Assembly: GCA_012295275.1 (NCBI GenBank)
Contig: CM022670.1
Location: forward strand, 14,570,001-14,634,000
Origin: Chrysomallon squamiferum
Taxonomy: Eukaryota > Animalia > Mollusca
Direction of reading: 5' to 3'
Length of the DNA: 64,000 nt
Shown: positions 12,801 to 34,449 of the stretch, in pieces
Layout of the letters: the number at the start of each line of letters is the position of its first letter
Numbering within the stretch: position 1 is the stretch's first letter
Program-made: the position numbers and the translations under genes
The notes under the pieces: generated by a model
Seen by the model: the letters and a program-made list of their open reading frames with translations, nothing else
The model's database searches: none
Told to the model about the DNA's origin: nothing

Positions 12801-14358
12801 CAGTAATTAATAAGAAATTATTAAATCCAAAGATTTATTATAATGATTTATGATTTATTGTACACATTTCCTCAAATTAATTGTAAGGACCACTTCTTTT
12901 TTACATTTTTGACTGAAATTTGTAACTATTATAACACGACAAGTTTCATCATCATCACTAAAACCATCACTAAACAGGGTAATAGTAATAACTGTCTTTT
13001 TGTCAGTGTAAGAAAACAAGAAAATGTCTATCATTTTTCAACAAATACAAATGATTAACAGCCCGAATATTAAATTTTAATTTCATGACTGCTTTATAGC
13101 CAAGATAAAAACTTAGCAATGACAAGTTACTATTCACTTTCTTTATGACTTTAGTAAATCATTATATTTTTCCAATATGCAGACCTCTATCTACTGTTTA
13201 TTATTAGTAGTATTGTTAGTGTTGTTGTTGTTGTTGTTGTTGTTGTTGCTGTTGTTGTCATTTTGATAAATTTTCTTATGATCAATGTCATGATGTGTAT
13301 TTATAGGGACTATGTTATGTATAAAACTGTATTATTTTCTGGCAAGGATCTTGAGTATAAAGAAATGATTATGTACCTAATATTGTAGAATTAATTAATT
13401 AATTCATTTATTTATTTATTCATTTATTTATGTATATATGTATTTATTTATGTATTTATGTATTTATAATCATGATGATGATTATAATACTAATAATAAT
13501 AATCATTATTATCGTCTACTTCTTCAGTATACATTGTCTTTTTATAATGACTTTTTTGTTGTTGTTGTAGTTCTTCTTCTTATTGTTATCATCATCGATC
13601 ATCATCATCATCATTATCATTATTATTATTCTTATTCTTATTCTTATTATTATTATTGTTATTGTTATCGTTATTGTTATTGTTATTATTATTATTATTA
13701 TTACTTTAATTTTTAGTTTCATCAGAGAAAGAAACAGTGAGTTCCAAACCGTCGTCTGAAAAGACAACAATAACAGCTTTATCAATTACAACGGGAATGT
13801 TATCTTTATTTGTGATACTTTTGATTGTTGCTTTTATATGGTAAGTGTGAATTAAAGCAAAACGCGGTTCTCTCTGGTAACTGTAATAAGAAAACATTGA
13901 TCGATTATTGCAGAGTTACATAGAAATTAGTTATTTGAAATGCACTCATCCTCACATGAACCTTTATACTGATATGTTTGGAAGTCCCAGTGTTATTAAT
14001 ATGTTTATTGAAATCAGGAATATAAGAAGCCTAAACTGATTATTGTAACATCTTAATTTTTAGGCTGCTTCGGATTCGGAATCGGTCAAACACCAGCGAA
14101 CATACGGTATCGTTTGCCAAAAATGAAAGAACCCAGTCCAGAGCAGCAGCTACTTCATCAGCACTGTACGAAGTTCCTCACGAAGACATGAGTCGAGCAA
14201 CCAGAAATGATGATCAGACGAATACAACAGATATGTCACAGTCAGACTATGAAAACACTTCATTCCAAACTGATACCAGTCAAGAAATAAATGATTATGA
14301 TAAACTAGATACTGATGTTGCTGGACAGGGATCTCCATATGACAAAATTAAAACGTAA
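5913..14358 (+). CDS. Gene B: F-type lectin + 3 EGF modules + TM + ITAM-like tail receptor (~454 aa)
   Basis: Exons 5913-5994 (signal [27 protein letters not shown]), 7177-7383 and 8332-8538 (lectin domain: NVALHKP..QSS..AVDG..WFEVDL..RYDxxxxR..ARYV..FVELEVY), 9961-10104, 10907-11059, 11536-11688 (EGF), 13717-13840 (TM), 14064-14358 (tail). Exons sum to 1365 nt in an open frame with GT-AG boundaries. Confidence 0.85.
7730..7869 (+). pseudogene. Partial (3' two-thirds) duplicate of lectin exon 1 within the gene B intron
   Basis: Encodes [46 protein letters not shown] with an intact GTAAGT donor at 7870. It lacks the normal acceptor and the NVALHKP start. Part of a ~490-bp tandem duplication (~7240-7729 / 7730-8200). 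Confidence 0.8.
8650..9291 (+). mobile_element. Degenerate Tigger/pogo-like (Tc1-mariner superfamily) DNA transposon fragment in a gene B intron
   Basis: Insertion absent from the equivalent introns of C and D. From ATG 8836 it reads a frameshifted MDPKKVSAKDSTEKKK/MMSIALKHEIIDK/ERSVRV..LGS..ICT..QKESVKAITLAKGVKII, resembling the N-terminal HTH of Tigger transposases. The 3' part (ggaacggattaat...gatatacgag) resembles Tigger subterminal sequence. Confidence 0.65.
9449..9885 (+). repeat. (TAC/TAT)n and (TTA/TTTA)n microsatellite region
   Basis: Read directly from sequence; it is the source of the poly-Tyr ORF. Confidence 0.9.
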
Positions 14359-14799
14359 TACAAAAATGTGATTTCACTATTTGTATTTCTGAATGTTCTG
14401 GCAAGACTTGAGAAAGTCCAGTGTTTATATCACAAATGTCAATACACTGAAATCTGTAAAATAATGAACTAAGGTATTACCAAGTTTATATCAGATATTT
14501 TCCAAATATTATCAATGGACAAACAACTGTTGTACAAATTAGAGTATACACTCAGTAACAGTATTACATATCGCTGAATTTTATCATATTTTGAAACAAC
14601 AGTTGTACAAATTCGATTATTTACTCAGATGTATCTCAAATATCTTATTTTACATATCAAATTACTTATGCAGATATACCTCTCATAATTTATTTTGCAT
14701 ATTTAATTAGTTACTCATATATCTCTTACATTTTACAATGTAACATACAACCATGATATGGCTGTTTCAGTGAAACTACTTCAAAACTGTGAAACAAAT

Positions 14800-16273
14800 A
14801 AAGATATACATTTTACTTCCCTTGTTTTGTTTACTTTTTACATTCCGACATATAGGCACACACACGCATACATACATACATACACACACATATATACATA
14901 CATACATACATATAAACATGCACAGACATACAAACATGCATACATATATACATAACATAAATAATTACACATTACATTTGTGTAATTTACGAGTGGAATA
15001 ATATCTGTATCAATTTTTTACTTTGTAAACAAGGATCAAAAGATAACATGCCAAATGTGAAACATCATGCTATCATTTACAACAGTTGACAAACCAAACG
15101 TTTTGCGACATATTTGAAAAAAAAAAAAAAAAATAAGAATGAGGTATATCATTTTTCCATAAGTCATCTTTTCATCGTTATGAAAATAACCTGTTCTTCT
15201 CTATTCTGATTTGGCCTGTATTACTTTGAGAATACTCGTATTCAAATCGTCGTTATTATCAACCTTTAACGCGAATGTAGTAAATAAGGGTCTGGTGATA
15301 AGAGGTTCTATGTTGCGCAAACGTGTTTTTCTCACAAATAAGCGTATTCACTTTCTAGCATGTTGTTCAGTAGCAGAACCAGAACAGACCGGGTGATAAG
15401 AGGTTCTATGTTGCATAAACGTGTTTTTCTAGATGACACTTTAATTCTGACAAATAGGCGTATTCATTTTCTACAGCGTTGTTCAGAAGCAGAACCAGGA
15501 CAGACCTTAAGTAACAAATATAACGTTATTTAATTTACTTTTCTAAATTTAACTTTTAATAAATTATTGCGTGTCGATGTGAATGCTTCAGCCATGGTAA
15601 ACGTGATTGTGCTCATTACAGATTCAAGAGTGCATATCTTTCCCCCACGTTAACCAGGAGACAGTGTTGTCTGACCAACAGTTTGTTTTGTTTTAGTGTG
15701 TTAGTAGATAGATAATTGAGTTTTTAACAAAAGTATGATAATGTATAAATGAGTTTCTTACCAACAGTGATAAACAATATTTTACATGAGTTGTATTCAA
15801 AAGGTCCTCTAACAGAAAATATTATTACTAAAATTTTATAGCTGATGATCATATTTATTTTCATTTTATTTATCGTCATCTGCATTATCATAATTATTTC
15901 ATTGTTGTTGTTAGTGTTACACGCTATTGAAAACGCATACAGAAAATGTTGTCAACCGGGAAGGTGTCACGGTTAAGTGAACACCAATTCATGACTTTAA
16001 CTCGTTGTGTTACTTGTCCTGCCTAGCTATGCGGTAAGGAGAACTGTGAAAAGAAATATTTAATGTGCAAGCAGTTGTATATAGTGAAGTTTGTTGCATT
16101 AACTGAGTTTATATTAGATAGTTATAAATTAAATATATATCATTTCTGATGATTATGATAAAGATGACGATCATATCTGTATTAATAATACTAATAGTAG
16201 TCCAAAGAAGAAGAGGAACAAGAAGAAGAAGGACAATAACATCAACAACAACAACAACAACAACAAGAACAAC

Positions 16274-16352
<79 letters not shown>

Positions 16353-19010
16353 CATCAACAGATTAAGAAATTAAGAAATTAATAAATCCAAAATATTTTG
16401 CGGGAACTGAGGAAAGATATTCTATTGTTCTTATTTGTATTTTTCCTGTAGCTGAGGCTGATGTTACATAGTATATCGCATATAAGAACAATTGCTAAAA
16501 TGTCGACATCTTTTACTTATATTTATTTTTATAATTTCACTTTATTCCAGAATCGTATATTACTTCATAAGTAGAGATGTAACTATATCTCGTACTTTAT
16601 TCGTGTAATATGTACAAACAAGAAAACACAGAAATAGTAATAGAATTTTTCATAATAGCAGAAGTTATTGTATTTTATTAATATTACAACGAGGATTGCT
16701 ATACTCTAATATCGACAACAACAACTAGTACTTCAACAAGGATTACCATACTATTATATAAACAACAGCTACTACTACAACAAAATCAGCAACAATTACT
16801 ATTACAACAAGGATTACCATGCTATAATATAAACTATAACTACAAGAAGGATTACCATACTAATATAAACAATTAATACTAATAAATATTACCATATCTA
16901 ACATAACAACAACTACTACTACAACAACAAGCATTACCATGCTATAATGTAAACAACAGTGCTACTACAACGAGGTGTTCCATCTGTAACACAAACAACA
17001 ACTACTAGTACGACAGTAAAGAGTACCATACTGTTACTCCCATTGCTGTTGCTGCTGCAATTACAACAACACCTACCATTACTATTGTTATTAATAAAGG
17101 ATGAAATACAAAGTATTAATCTATACAATATCCGAACATATGTTTATGCTGAGAGGCATTCACTCACACACAGACACACCCACACACACCTGCCTATAGT
17201 TGCATACATACAGATATACACACTCACGCATACTATACATACATACAGAAACATATATTCATACACATATATTCAGAAGCATGCACAGACATACACACAC
17301 ACTTACATACATACATGCATATATACATATAATGATATATAAAGGTATGCATACATAACTTAAATAATTATACATTGCATTAGTGTAAGTTTCGAGTGGA
17401 ATATTTTAAACGTGCAACTATAATATCTGTATCTATTTTTTACTTTGTAAACAAGGAACAAAAGCTAATACGCCAAAGGTAAAACAGCTGACACATTTAA
17501 CAGACAAAAAAAAAAAGAAAGTGATCATATATCATTTTTCCATTCGTCATCTATTCATCGTGTTATGGGAATAACCTGCTGTTCTCTATTCAGATTTAGC
17601 CTGTATTATTTTGAGATTACTCGTATTCGATTGGTCGTTATTAGAACCCTTTAACGAGAGTGTAGTAAATACAATTTGATGATAGGGTTTCTACGTTGCA
17701 CAAACGTGTTTTTCTAGATGACAGTTTAATTCTCCATAAATAGGCGTGTTCTGGATAAGTCTTTATTTTCTAGCAGAACCAGGACAGATCTTAAGTAATA
17801 AAAAATAATGTGATTTAATTTACTCTTCCAAATTTAACTTTTAATAAATTATTGTGTGTCGATTTGAAAGCTTCAGCCATGTGAAACGTGGTTGTGCTCA
17901 TTAGAGGTTCAAGACTGCATATCTTGCCCCACGTTAACCAAGAGAAAGTGTTGTCTGACCAACAGTTTATTAGTGTGTTAGTGTGTTAGTAGATTACTGA
18001 TAATCAATAAATGATATTTTTAACAACAGTATGAAACAATAGTACATGAGTTTTAAGGTCTCACACTGAATATATTATTACTAAAAACTACTGATTTTTT
18101 TAAATTTTATTTGACTGATGTGTTACAATCTGATAGGTTACAGCTGGATAACACAAAGTGCATTTGTCGAATAATGCACTTTCCGGTGTTACTTAAGATG
18201 TCGTACAAAACTGTGCTATGTATTTTGCCACTCGTGTATATACAATTATTCCTGTATGGAATGACATTCTATTTTTTTATATTGATATTTTTCCTGTAGA
18301 GGGTAATGTCACATACTATATCGCATATCCAGTCACTGGTAAAATTTCGAGAGCTTTTAATTACATTTATTTTTATAATTGCAGGTTATTCCAGAGTCGT
18401 ATGTTACTTCAGAAGTAGATATGTAACTATATCTAGTATTTTTTTCGGGTAATATGTACAAACAAGAAATCACAGAAATAGTAATACTATTTTTGATACT
18501 AGCAGCCATTATTGTATTTTATTAATTTTACAACGAGGATTACTGTATTTTAACATTGATAACAACAACTACTACTTCAACGAGGATTACCATACTAAAA
18601 TATAAACAACGACTACTATTACAATCAAGATTACCATAATATAACACAAACTGCAATAACTGATACTACAACAAGGATTACCATGCTATAATACAAACAA
18701 CAACTACAAGGATTACCATACTAACATAAACAACTACTACTAATACGTTTTACCATATATAACATAACAACAACTACTACTACAACAACAAGCATTACCA
18801 TGCTATAATATAAACAAAAATGCTACTACAACGAGGTGTTCCATACTGTAACACAAACAACAGCTACTAGTACAACAGTAAAGATTACCATACTGCTACA
18901 GCCATTGCTGTTGCTGCTGCAATTACAACAACTACCATTACTAGAGTTTTTAATAAAGGATGAAATGAGATATCTATAAAATTTACGAACATATGTTTAT
19001 GCTGAGAGAC

Positions 19011-19044
<34 letters not shown>

Positions 19045-19280
19045 TATAAAAGAAATAAAGACAGCTAACTGTGGCACACACATTATAACTCATATAACTT
19101 GGAAACGTACACATAGAACATATCGTCTTTTCTTCATTTATTATATTTGCTCACTCATGTCTAATGCAGTTTCAAGCGATATTAGAGCACTTATTATGTC
19201 AGCCTTATACAAACACAAGGATCAGAGGGAGACTTTCTATATTTTCTTCCTCGGTGACAAAATTAAATAATTTAAACACT
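14800..19280 (+). repeat. Doubled ~2.2-kb upstream block between genes B and C (also doubled at ~26750-31369; single copy at ~3630-5912)
   Basis: The landmarks ctttgtaaacaagga, ccccacgttaacca and the GGATTACC minisatellite each occur twice in the B-C and C-D spacers and once in the A-B spacer. Confidence 0.8.
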
Positions 19281-26297
<7,017 letters not shown>

Positions 26298-27904
26298 TAC
26301 AAAAATCTTATTTCACTATTTGTATTTCTGAATGTTCTGGCAAGACTTGAGAAAGTCCAGTGTTTATATCACAAATGTCAGTATACTGAAATCTGTAAAA
26401 TAATGAACTAAGATGTTATCAAGTTTATATTAGATATTTTCCAAACATTATCAATGGACAAACAACCGTTAAACAAATTAGATTATACACTCAGTAACAG
26501 TATTACATATCGCTGAATTTTATCATATTTTGAAACAACAGTTGTACAAATTCGATTATTTACTCAGATGTATCTCAAATATCTTATTTTACATATCAAA
26601 TTACTTAAGCAGATATACCTCTCATAATTTATTTTGCATATTTAATTAGTTACTCATATATCTCCTACATTTTACAATGTAACATACAACCATGATATGG
26701 CTGTTTCAGTGAATCTACTACAAAACGGTGAAACAAATAAAGATATACATTTTACTTCCCTTGATTTGTTTACTTTTTACATTCCGACATATACGCACAC
26801 ACGCACATACATACATACATACACACACATATATGCATACATACATACATACAAACATGCGCAGACATACAAACATAGCATAAATAATTACACATTACAT
26901 TTGTTTAATTTACGAGTGGAATAATATCTGTATCAATTTTTTACTTTGTAAACAAGGATCAAAAGATAATATGCCAAATGTAAAACATCACGCTATCATT
27001 TACAACAGTTGACAAACCAAGCGTTTTATGTGATATATCATTTTTCAGCCATGTGAAGCTTCAGCCATGTGAAACGTGGTTCTGCTCATTAAAGGTTTCA
27101 AGAGTGCATATCTTGCCCCACGTTAACCAGGAGAGAGTGTTGTCTGACCAACAGTTTGTTAGTGTTTTAGTGTGTTAGTAGATTACCGATAATGTATAAA
27201 TGAGTTTTTTAACAAAAGTATGAGACAATATTACATGAGTTGTTAGGTCTCACACAGAATATATATTACTAAAAATTGCTAAATATTTTATTTAACTGCA
27301 GTGTTACAATCTGATAAGTACTCCTGGTTAACACTGTGCTACTTGATCTGCCGTACATCTGCGGTATGTATTTTCCCACTCATTCATGGTATCTGTATTC
27401 AAAATTTATCCTGCTGCTAACTGAAAAGGTATATCATGTGTCAACTGATCTTTCTGATATTTTATAGCTGATGATCATATTTATTTTCATCATCATCTTT
27501 ATCGTCATCATCTTCATTATCATAATTATTTCATTGTTGTTGTTAGTGTTGTCATTATTGAAAACGCATACAGAAAATGTTGTCAACCGGGAAGGTGTCA
27601 CGGTTAAGTGAACACCAATTCATGACTTTAACTCGTCGTGTTACTTGTCCTGCCTAGCTACGCGGTAAGGAGAACTGTGAAAAGAAATATTTAATGTACA
27701 AGCAGTTGTATATAGTGAAGTTTGTTGCATTAACTGAGTTTATATTAGATAGTTATAAATTAAATATATATCATTTCTGATGATTATGATAAAGATGACG
27801 ATCATATCTGTATTAATAATACTAATAGTAGTCCAAAGAAGAAGAGGAACAAGAAGAAGAAGGACAATAACATCAACAACAACAACAACAAGAAGAAGAA
27901 CAAC

Positions 27905-27968
<64 letters not shown>

Positions 27969-28804
27969 GTAATAACAACAGATTAAGAAATTAAGAAATT
28001 AAGAAATTAATAAATCCAAAATATTTTGCGGGAACTGAGGAAAGATATTCTATTGTTCTTATTTGTATTTTTCCTGTAGCTGAGGCTGATATATATACTA
28101 TATAGCATATAAGAACAATTGCTAAAATTTCGACATCTTTTACTTATATTTATTTTTATAATTTCACTTTATTCCAGAATCGTATGTTACTTCATAAGTA
28201 GAGATGTAACTATATCTCGTACTTTATTCGTGTAATATGTACAAACAAGAAAACACAGAAATAGTAATAGAATTTTTCATAATAGCAGAAGTTATTGTAT
28301 TTTATTAATATTACAACGAGGATTGCTATACTCTAATATCGACAACAACAACTAGTACTTCAACAAGGATTACCATACTATTATATAAACAACAGCTACT
28401 ACTACAACACAATCAGCAACACTTACTATTACAACAAGGATTACCATGCTATAATATAAACTATAACTACAAGAAGGATTACCATACTAATATAAACAAT
28501 TAATACTAATAAATATTACCATATCTAACATAACAACAGCAACTACTACAACAACAAGCATTACCATGATATAATATAAACAACAGTGCTACTACAACGA
28601 GGTGTTCCATTCTGTAACACAAACAACAGCTACTACTAGTACAACAGTAAACAGTACCATACTGCTACTCCCATTGCTGTTGCTGCTGCAATTACAACAA
28701 CACCTACCATTACTATTGTTATTAATAAAGGACGAATTACAAAATATTAATCTATACAATATCCGAACATATGTTTATGCTGAGCGGCATTTACACACAC
28801 ACAT

Positions 28805-28856
<52 letters not shown>

Positions 28857-31369
28857 ATGCCTATAGTTGCATACATACGGATATACATGCTCACTCATAC
28901 TATACAAACATACACACACATATATTCATACACATATACTCAGAAACATGCACAGACATACACACATACATACATTCATACATGCATGTATACATATAAT
29001 GATTATATAAAGGCATGCATACATAACTTAAATAATTATACACTCCATTAGTGTAAGTTTCGAGTGGAATATTTTAAACGTTAAACTCTAATATCTGTAT
29101 CTATGTATTACTTTGTAAACAAGGAACAAAAGGTAATATGCCAAAGGTAAAACAGCTGACACATTTAACAGACAAAAAATAAAAAATAAAAATGAAAGCC
29201 ATATATCATTTTTCCATACGTCATCTTTTTATCGTGCTATGGGAACCTGCTGTTCTCTATTCAGATTTAGCCTGTATTATTTTGAGATTACTCGTATTCG
29301 AATGGTCGTTATCATAACCCTTTAACGAGAGTGTAGTAAGTAAGATCCTCTTGATGGGGTTTCTATGTTGCGCAAACGTGTTTTTCTACATGACAGTTTA
29401 ATTCTCCACAAATAGGCGTGTTCTAGATAAGTCTTTATTGTCAAGCATTTTGTTGAATAGCAGAACCAGGACAGATCTTAAGTAATAAAAAATAATGTGA
29501 TTTAATTTACTCTTCCAAATTTAACTTTTAATAAATTATTGTGTGTCGATTTGAAAGCTTCATCCGTGTGAAACGTGGTTGTGCTTATTAAAGGTTCAAG
29601 AGTGCATATCTTGCCCCACGTTAACCAGGAGAAAGTGTTGTCTGTCCAACAGTTTGTTAGTGTGTTAGTGTGTTAGTAGATTACTGATAATGAATAAATG
29701 AGTTTTTAACAACAGTATGAAACAATAGTACATGAGTTTTAAGGTCTCACACTGAATATATTATTACTAAAAACTGCTAAATCTTTTATTTAACTGCAGT
29801 GTTACAATCTGATAAGTTATAGCTGGTTCACACAGTGTTCAGTTATCGAATAATGCACTGTCCGGTACTACTTGACCTGTGGTATAAAACTGTGGTGTGT
29901 ATTTTCCTACTGATTTATGGTATGTGAATTTAAAATTTATCCTGCTGTTAACTGAAAAGATATAGCATCATTATCATAATTATCATCGCTGTTGTTTTTG
30001 TTAGTGTTGTTATTATTATTCAAAAGGCATACACAGAAAGTTGTCAGCCGGGAAGGTGTCACGGTTAAGTGAACACGAATTCATGACTTTAACTCGTTGT
30101 GTTACTTTTCCTGTCTAGCTACGCGGGAAGGCGAACTCTGAAAAGAAATATTTAATGTACAAGTAGCTGTATGCAGTGAAATTTATTATATTAACTGAGG
30201 TTATATTAGACAGTTATTAATTAAATATATATCATTTCTGATGATGATGACAATGATGATTATATCAGTATTAATAATAATAATAATGCAAAGAAGAAGA
30301 AGAAAAAGGACAACAACATCAAGAACAACAACGACAATAATAATAATAATAACAATAACAATAACAATAATAATAATAATAAAAATACTAATTATAATAA
30401 TAATAACAGATTAATGAATTAAGAAATGAATAAATACAAAATATGTTGCAGGGAACAGTGTGGAATGATATTGTGTTGATTATATATTTATATTTTTCCT
30501 GTAGCTGAGGCTGATGTTACATACTGTATCGCTTATAGAAATCATTGATACAATTTCTATATCTTTTTTTACATTTATTTTTATAATTTCACGTTATTCC
30601 AGATTCGTATGTTCAGTAGCTAGTTCTTTATTCGGGTAATATATATAAACAAGAAAACACTGAAATAGTAATAATATTTGCGATACAAATAGCATTATTG
30701 TATTTTATGAAAATTCCAACGAGGATTACCATACTATAATATAAACAACAACTACTACTACAATGAGAATTACCATAATATAACACACACTGCAACAACT
30801 ACTACTACAAAAGGATTACCATCCTATAATATAAACAACATTACCATACTGTAACATAAACAATAACTATTACAACGACGATAACCATACTAATATAAAG
30901 AACTACTAGTAATAAATACAACCATATAAAACATAAACAACAACAACTACTTCTAAAACAATCATTACCGTGCTATAATATAAACAACAATGATGCTACA
31001 ACGAGTATTATCATAAAACAAACAATAGCTATAACTACTACAAAGAGGTGTTCCATTCTGTAACACAATCAACAGCCACTAGTACAGCAATGCAGATTAC
31101 CATACTACTAGTCCCATTTCATTTACACACGCACACACGGACACGCACACACACATACAAACACACACACATAATAAAGAGATAAACACAGCTAACTATG
31201 GCACACACAGTATGACTCATATAGCTGGGAAACATACACACACAACATGCATAATGCAGTTTCAAGCGATATTCGAACATGTATTCTGTTACTCTTATAC
31301 AAACACAAGGATTAGTGCAGGGCATTCTATATTTCTTCCTCGGTGACAACATTAAATAATTTCAACACT

Positions 31370-32311
31370 ATGGCCACGTTACGGATATATTCACGTGTTC
31401 TACTTTATTTTTTATTTATTTTAGAAACAGGACAGATATTTGCGTCTTTTGGTAAGTAATAAAATACTAAATTATTAAACATTTTCAAGTAACCTTGTGG
31501 TTACTTATACATCGTCGTATAATAATGTGGTCTCGTGCTTTTATATAGCTAAACTAATATACAGGGTCAGGTGAGTAAGTTTATGTGCTAGGAAAATAAA
31601 ACAGGTGAAGAGAGAAACATGTAAGATATTTAGTGAAATAGAGGAAGGCAGAAACATATATTTAATATTAGACATAAAGTTAACAAGACGAAAGAAGGAT
31701 GAAAGAAGACAAACTGATACACTGAGAATAAAGATGAAAAGAGTATTTACTACTTCTACAACTACTACTACTACTATTAAGAATACTTCTACTATTACTA
31801 CTACTGCTGCTACTATTTTACTAGACCATGTGATACTGTTGCTATTACTGATACTTCTACTACTACTACTACTATTAAGAATACTTCTACTATTACTACT
31901 ACTTTTTTGCTAGACCCTATGCTACTGTTGCTATTGCTGATACTGCTACTACTAATACAACACTTACAGGCACAATTACTGCTGGTATTGCTCTTGCGGT
32001 ACTACTACCATGCTACGGTGTCTAATGTTCGCAGTATAATTACGCGGATTCAAACTGCAAAATTGTTTTCAACTTGATAATTAAACTCAGTCGTCTCTTC
32101 TTTCTCAAGTCCTTATTCTGACCCAGATAACTGTTATTGACCTAAATTACGTTTTATCTTCGACACATAACCTGTTGTGTCTATTTAACTGATCTCGAGA
32201 GTAAAGCACGCAAACTGATATAATTATCAGGTTGAAATTTTAAAATGATGAAGCATTCATTTCCTTTTAATATATGTGCGTGTATATGTTTGTATGTGCA
32301 CACACACACAT

Positions 32312-32342
<31 letters not shown>

Positions 32343-32537
32343 CGTCTGTCTCTGCAAACACAGAAGCATTTATATTAATTTAGCAGGTACAATGGTTTCT
32401 ACTTTCTAAATAATATATGTACATATGCATTTATGAATGTATGTTTGTATGAATACATGCAAATGTGTATTTATATTTTTATAAAGTTAAATATAGTAGC
32501 AGTACACACACACAGACATACGTATATATATATATAA

Positions 32538-32620
<83 letters not shown>

Positions 32621-33183
32621 TTTCCAGAAAATACAGTATTAAGCAAATAATAACTTAGCTATATAAATATTATATAAATATTAATCACTTAACTATTTAC
32701 ACATCTTGTCTTTCAAGTTTGGAGTAAAAATTAGTAATAATAGCAATAAGTCTAATAATTCAATATAATTTACGTCATGGTATATTGAAAGATTATAATT
32801 TATTACGTTGTTGACTGTGTAAATTATTTATCTCTATTTCAGTTAACATAGCTCTACACAAACCGGTCTACCAGAGTTCTTACAAAGACAAAAACGGTTT
32901 TGATCCAGCTAAAGCTGTAGATGGCGTAACAAGCGGAGACTGGCACCAGTGTATTCACACATCTACAAACAGAACGTACACATGGTTTGAAGTGGATTTG
33001 GAAAATATATACTTTGTTGTTGAAGTTAAAATCTACTTCCGAAATGACTGTAAGTAAAACTGTTCGTGCTTTCAACATTGTTACAATATTGTATCCACAC
33101 AGATTTGAACATACGCACATACATACATACGTACATATATAGATACATACATGTATATATGTGGATGTGTGTGTTTGTGTGTT

Positions 33184-33241
<58 letters not shown>

Positions 33242-34369
33242 ATAAACAGCAACAGGTCACTCGATGTTATGTCAGCATATGTGTTAAGGACGAATTAATT
33301 ATTATAGAAACCAGGAACTGGCAGGAACATTATTTGAAACACTGGTTTTATATATTACTCGATGTGAATGGATGATTAAATAAACAACGTATGTTTTTTG
33401 TTGCAAAACAACTGTGTGATGTGAAAGAGAAGCCCTACCGCTACACTAAGTGATAAACAAGATGTTGCTTTTGTTGTACTGGCTGTGAAACGTTTTACAA
33501 ACATAATGCATTAATCATTTATTATATTAATATATTATTTTAGATAAGTTGAAAAGAAATGGTGTACAGGTGTATGCTAACACAGCGGCAAATGAATCTA
33601 ATACAGGACATCTGTGTGGTAGTGTTACTGGCAGTAAAAATGAAATTGTGAACATCACATGTAACGTCAACGCTAGATATGTGACTGTTTATCAAGGAAC
33701 AGATAATGGAGGGTCAACAGCACTGGACTTTGTGGAGCTTGAGGTGTACAGTAAGTGAAAACGAATTTATTATATTTCATTTCGTATGAAATTTTGGCAT
33801 CGTTATCATCGTGATTTTTATGTTTCGTTTGAGATTTAATAAAAGATACCAAAGAAGTACCTACCAGTAGATTTCTCATGGTATTGCTAATATTTTATTA
33901 CCATCACGTCGTCATCATTAACATCTACCTAATCATCGTCATCATCGTCTTTATTAGGTGTTGTTTGTGATATACATACATACATACACACATACATATA
34001 TATATAAAACTAGAAGAAAGCAAAATAATAAAAAAAGAAAACTAATAAATAAATAAATAGAAAATAAAAATTCGACAAAAACATCAACGAATTAACTACC
34101 AGCACAAAATACTATTACTTACACACTTAGAAATACAATGTCATATATGATATAAATTGATATTTCTTGCATAATTACTACTACTACTACTATTACTACT
34201 ACTACTACTACTACTACTGTTGCTGCTGCTGCTACTACTACTAGTACTACTTTTTAAGATCATTTTAAAACAATGTATCATAAAACAGATCAAGCAGAAT
34301 TTTTTTTTATATCTTTTTTGCATTAGTATTACTATTCTTTAATTCAGTACAATTATTTACTTATTTATT

Positions 34370-34449
<80 letters not shown>

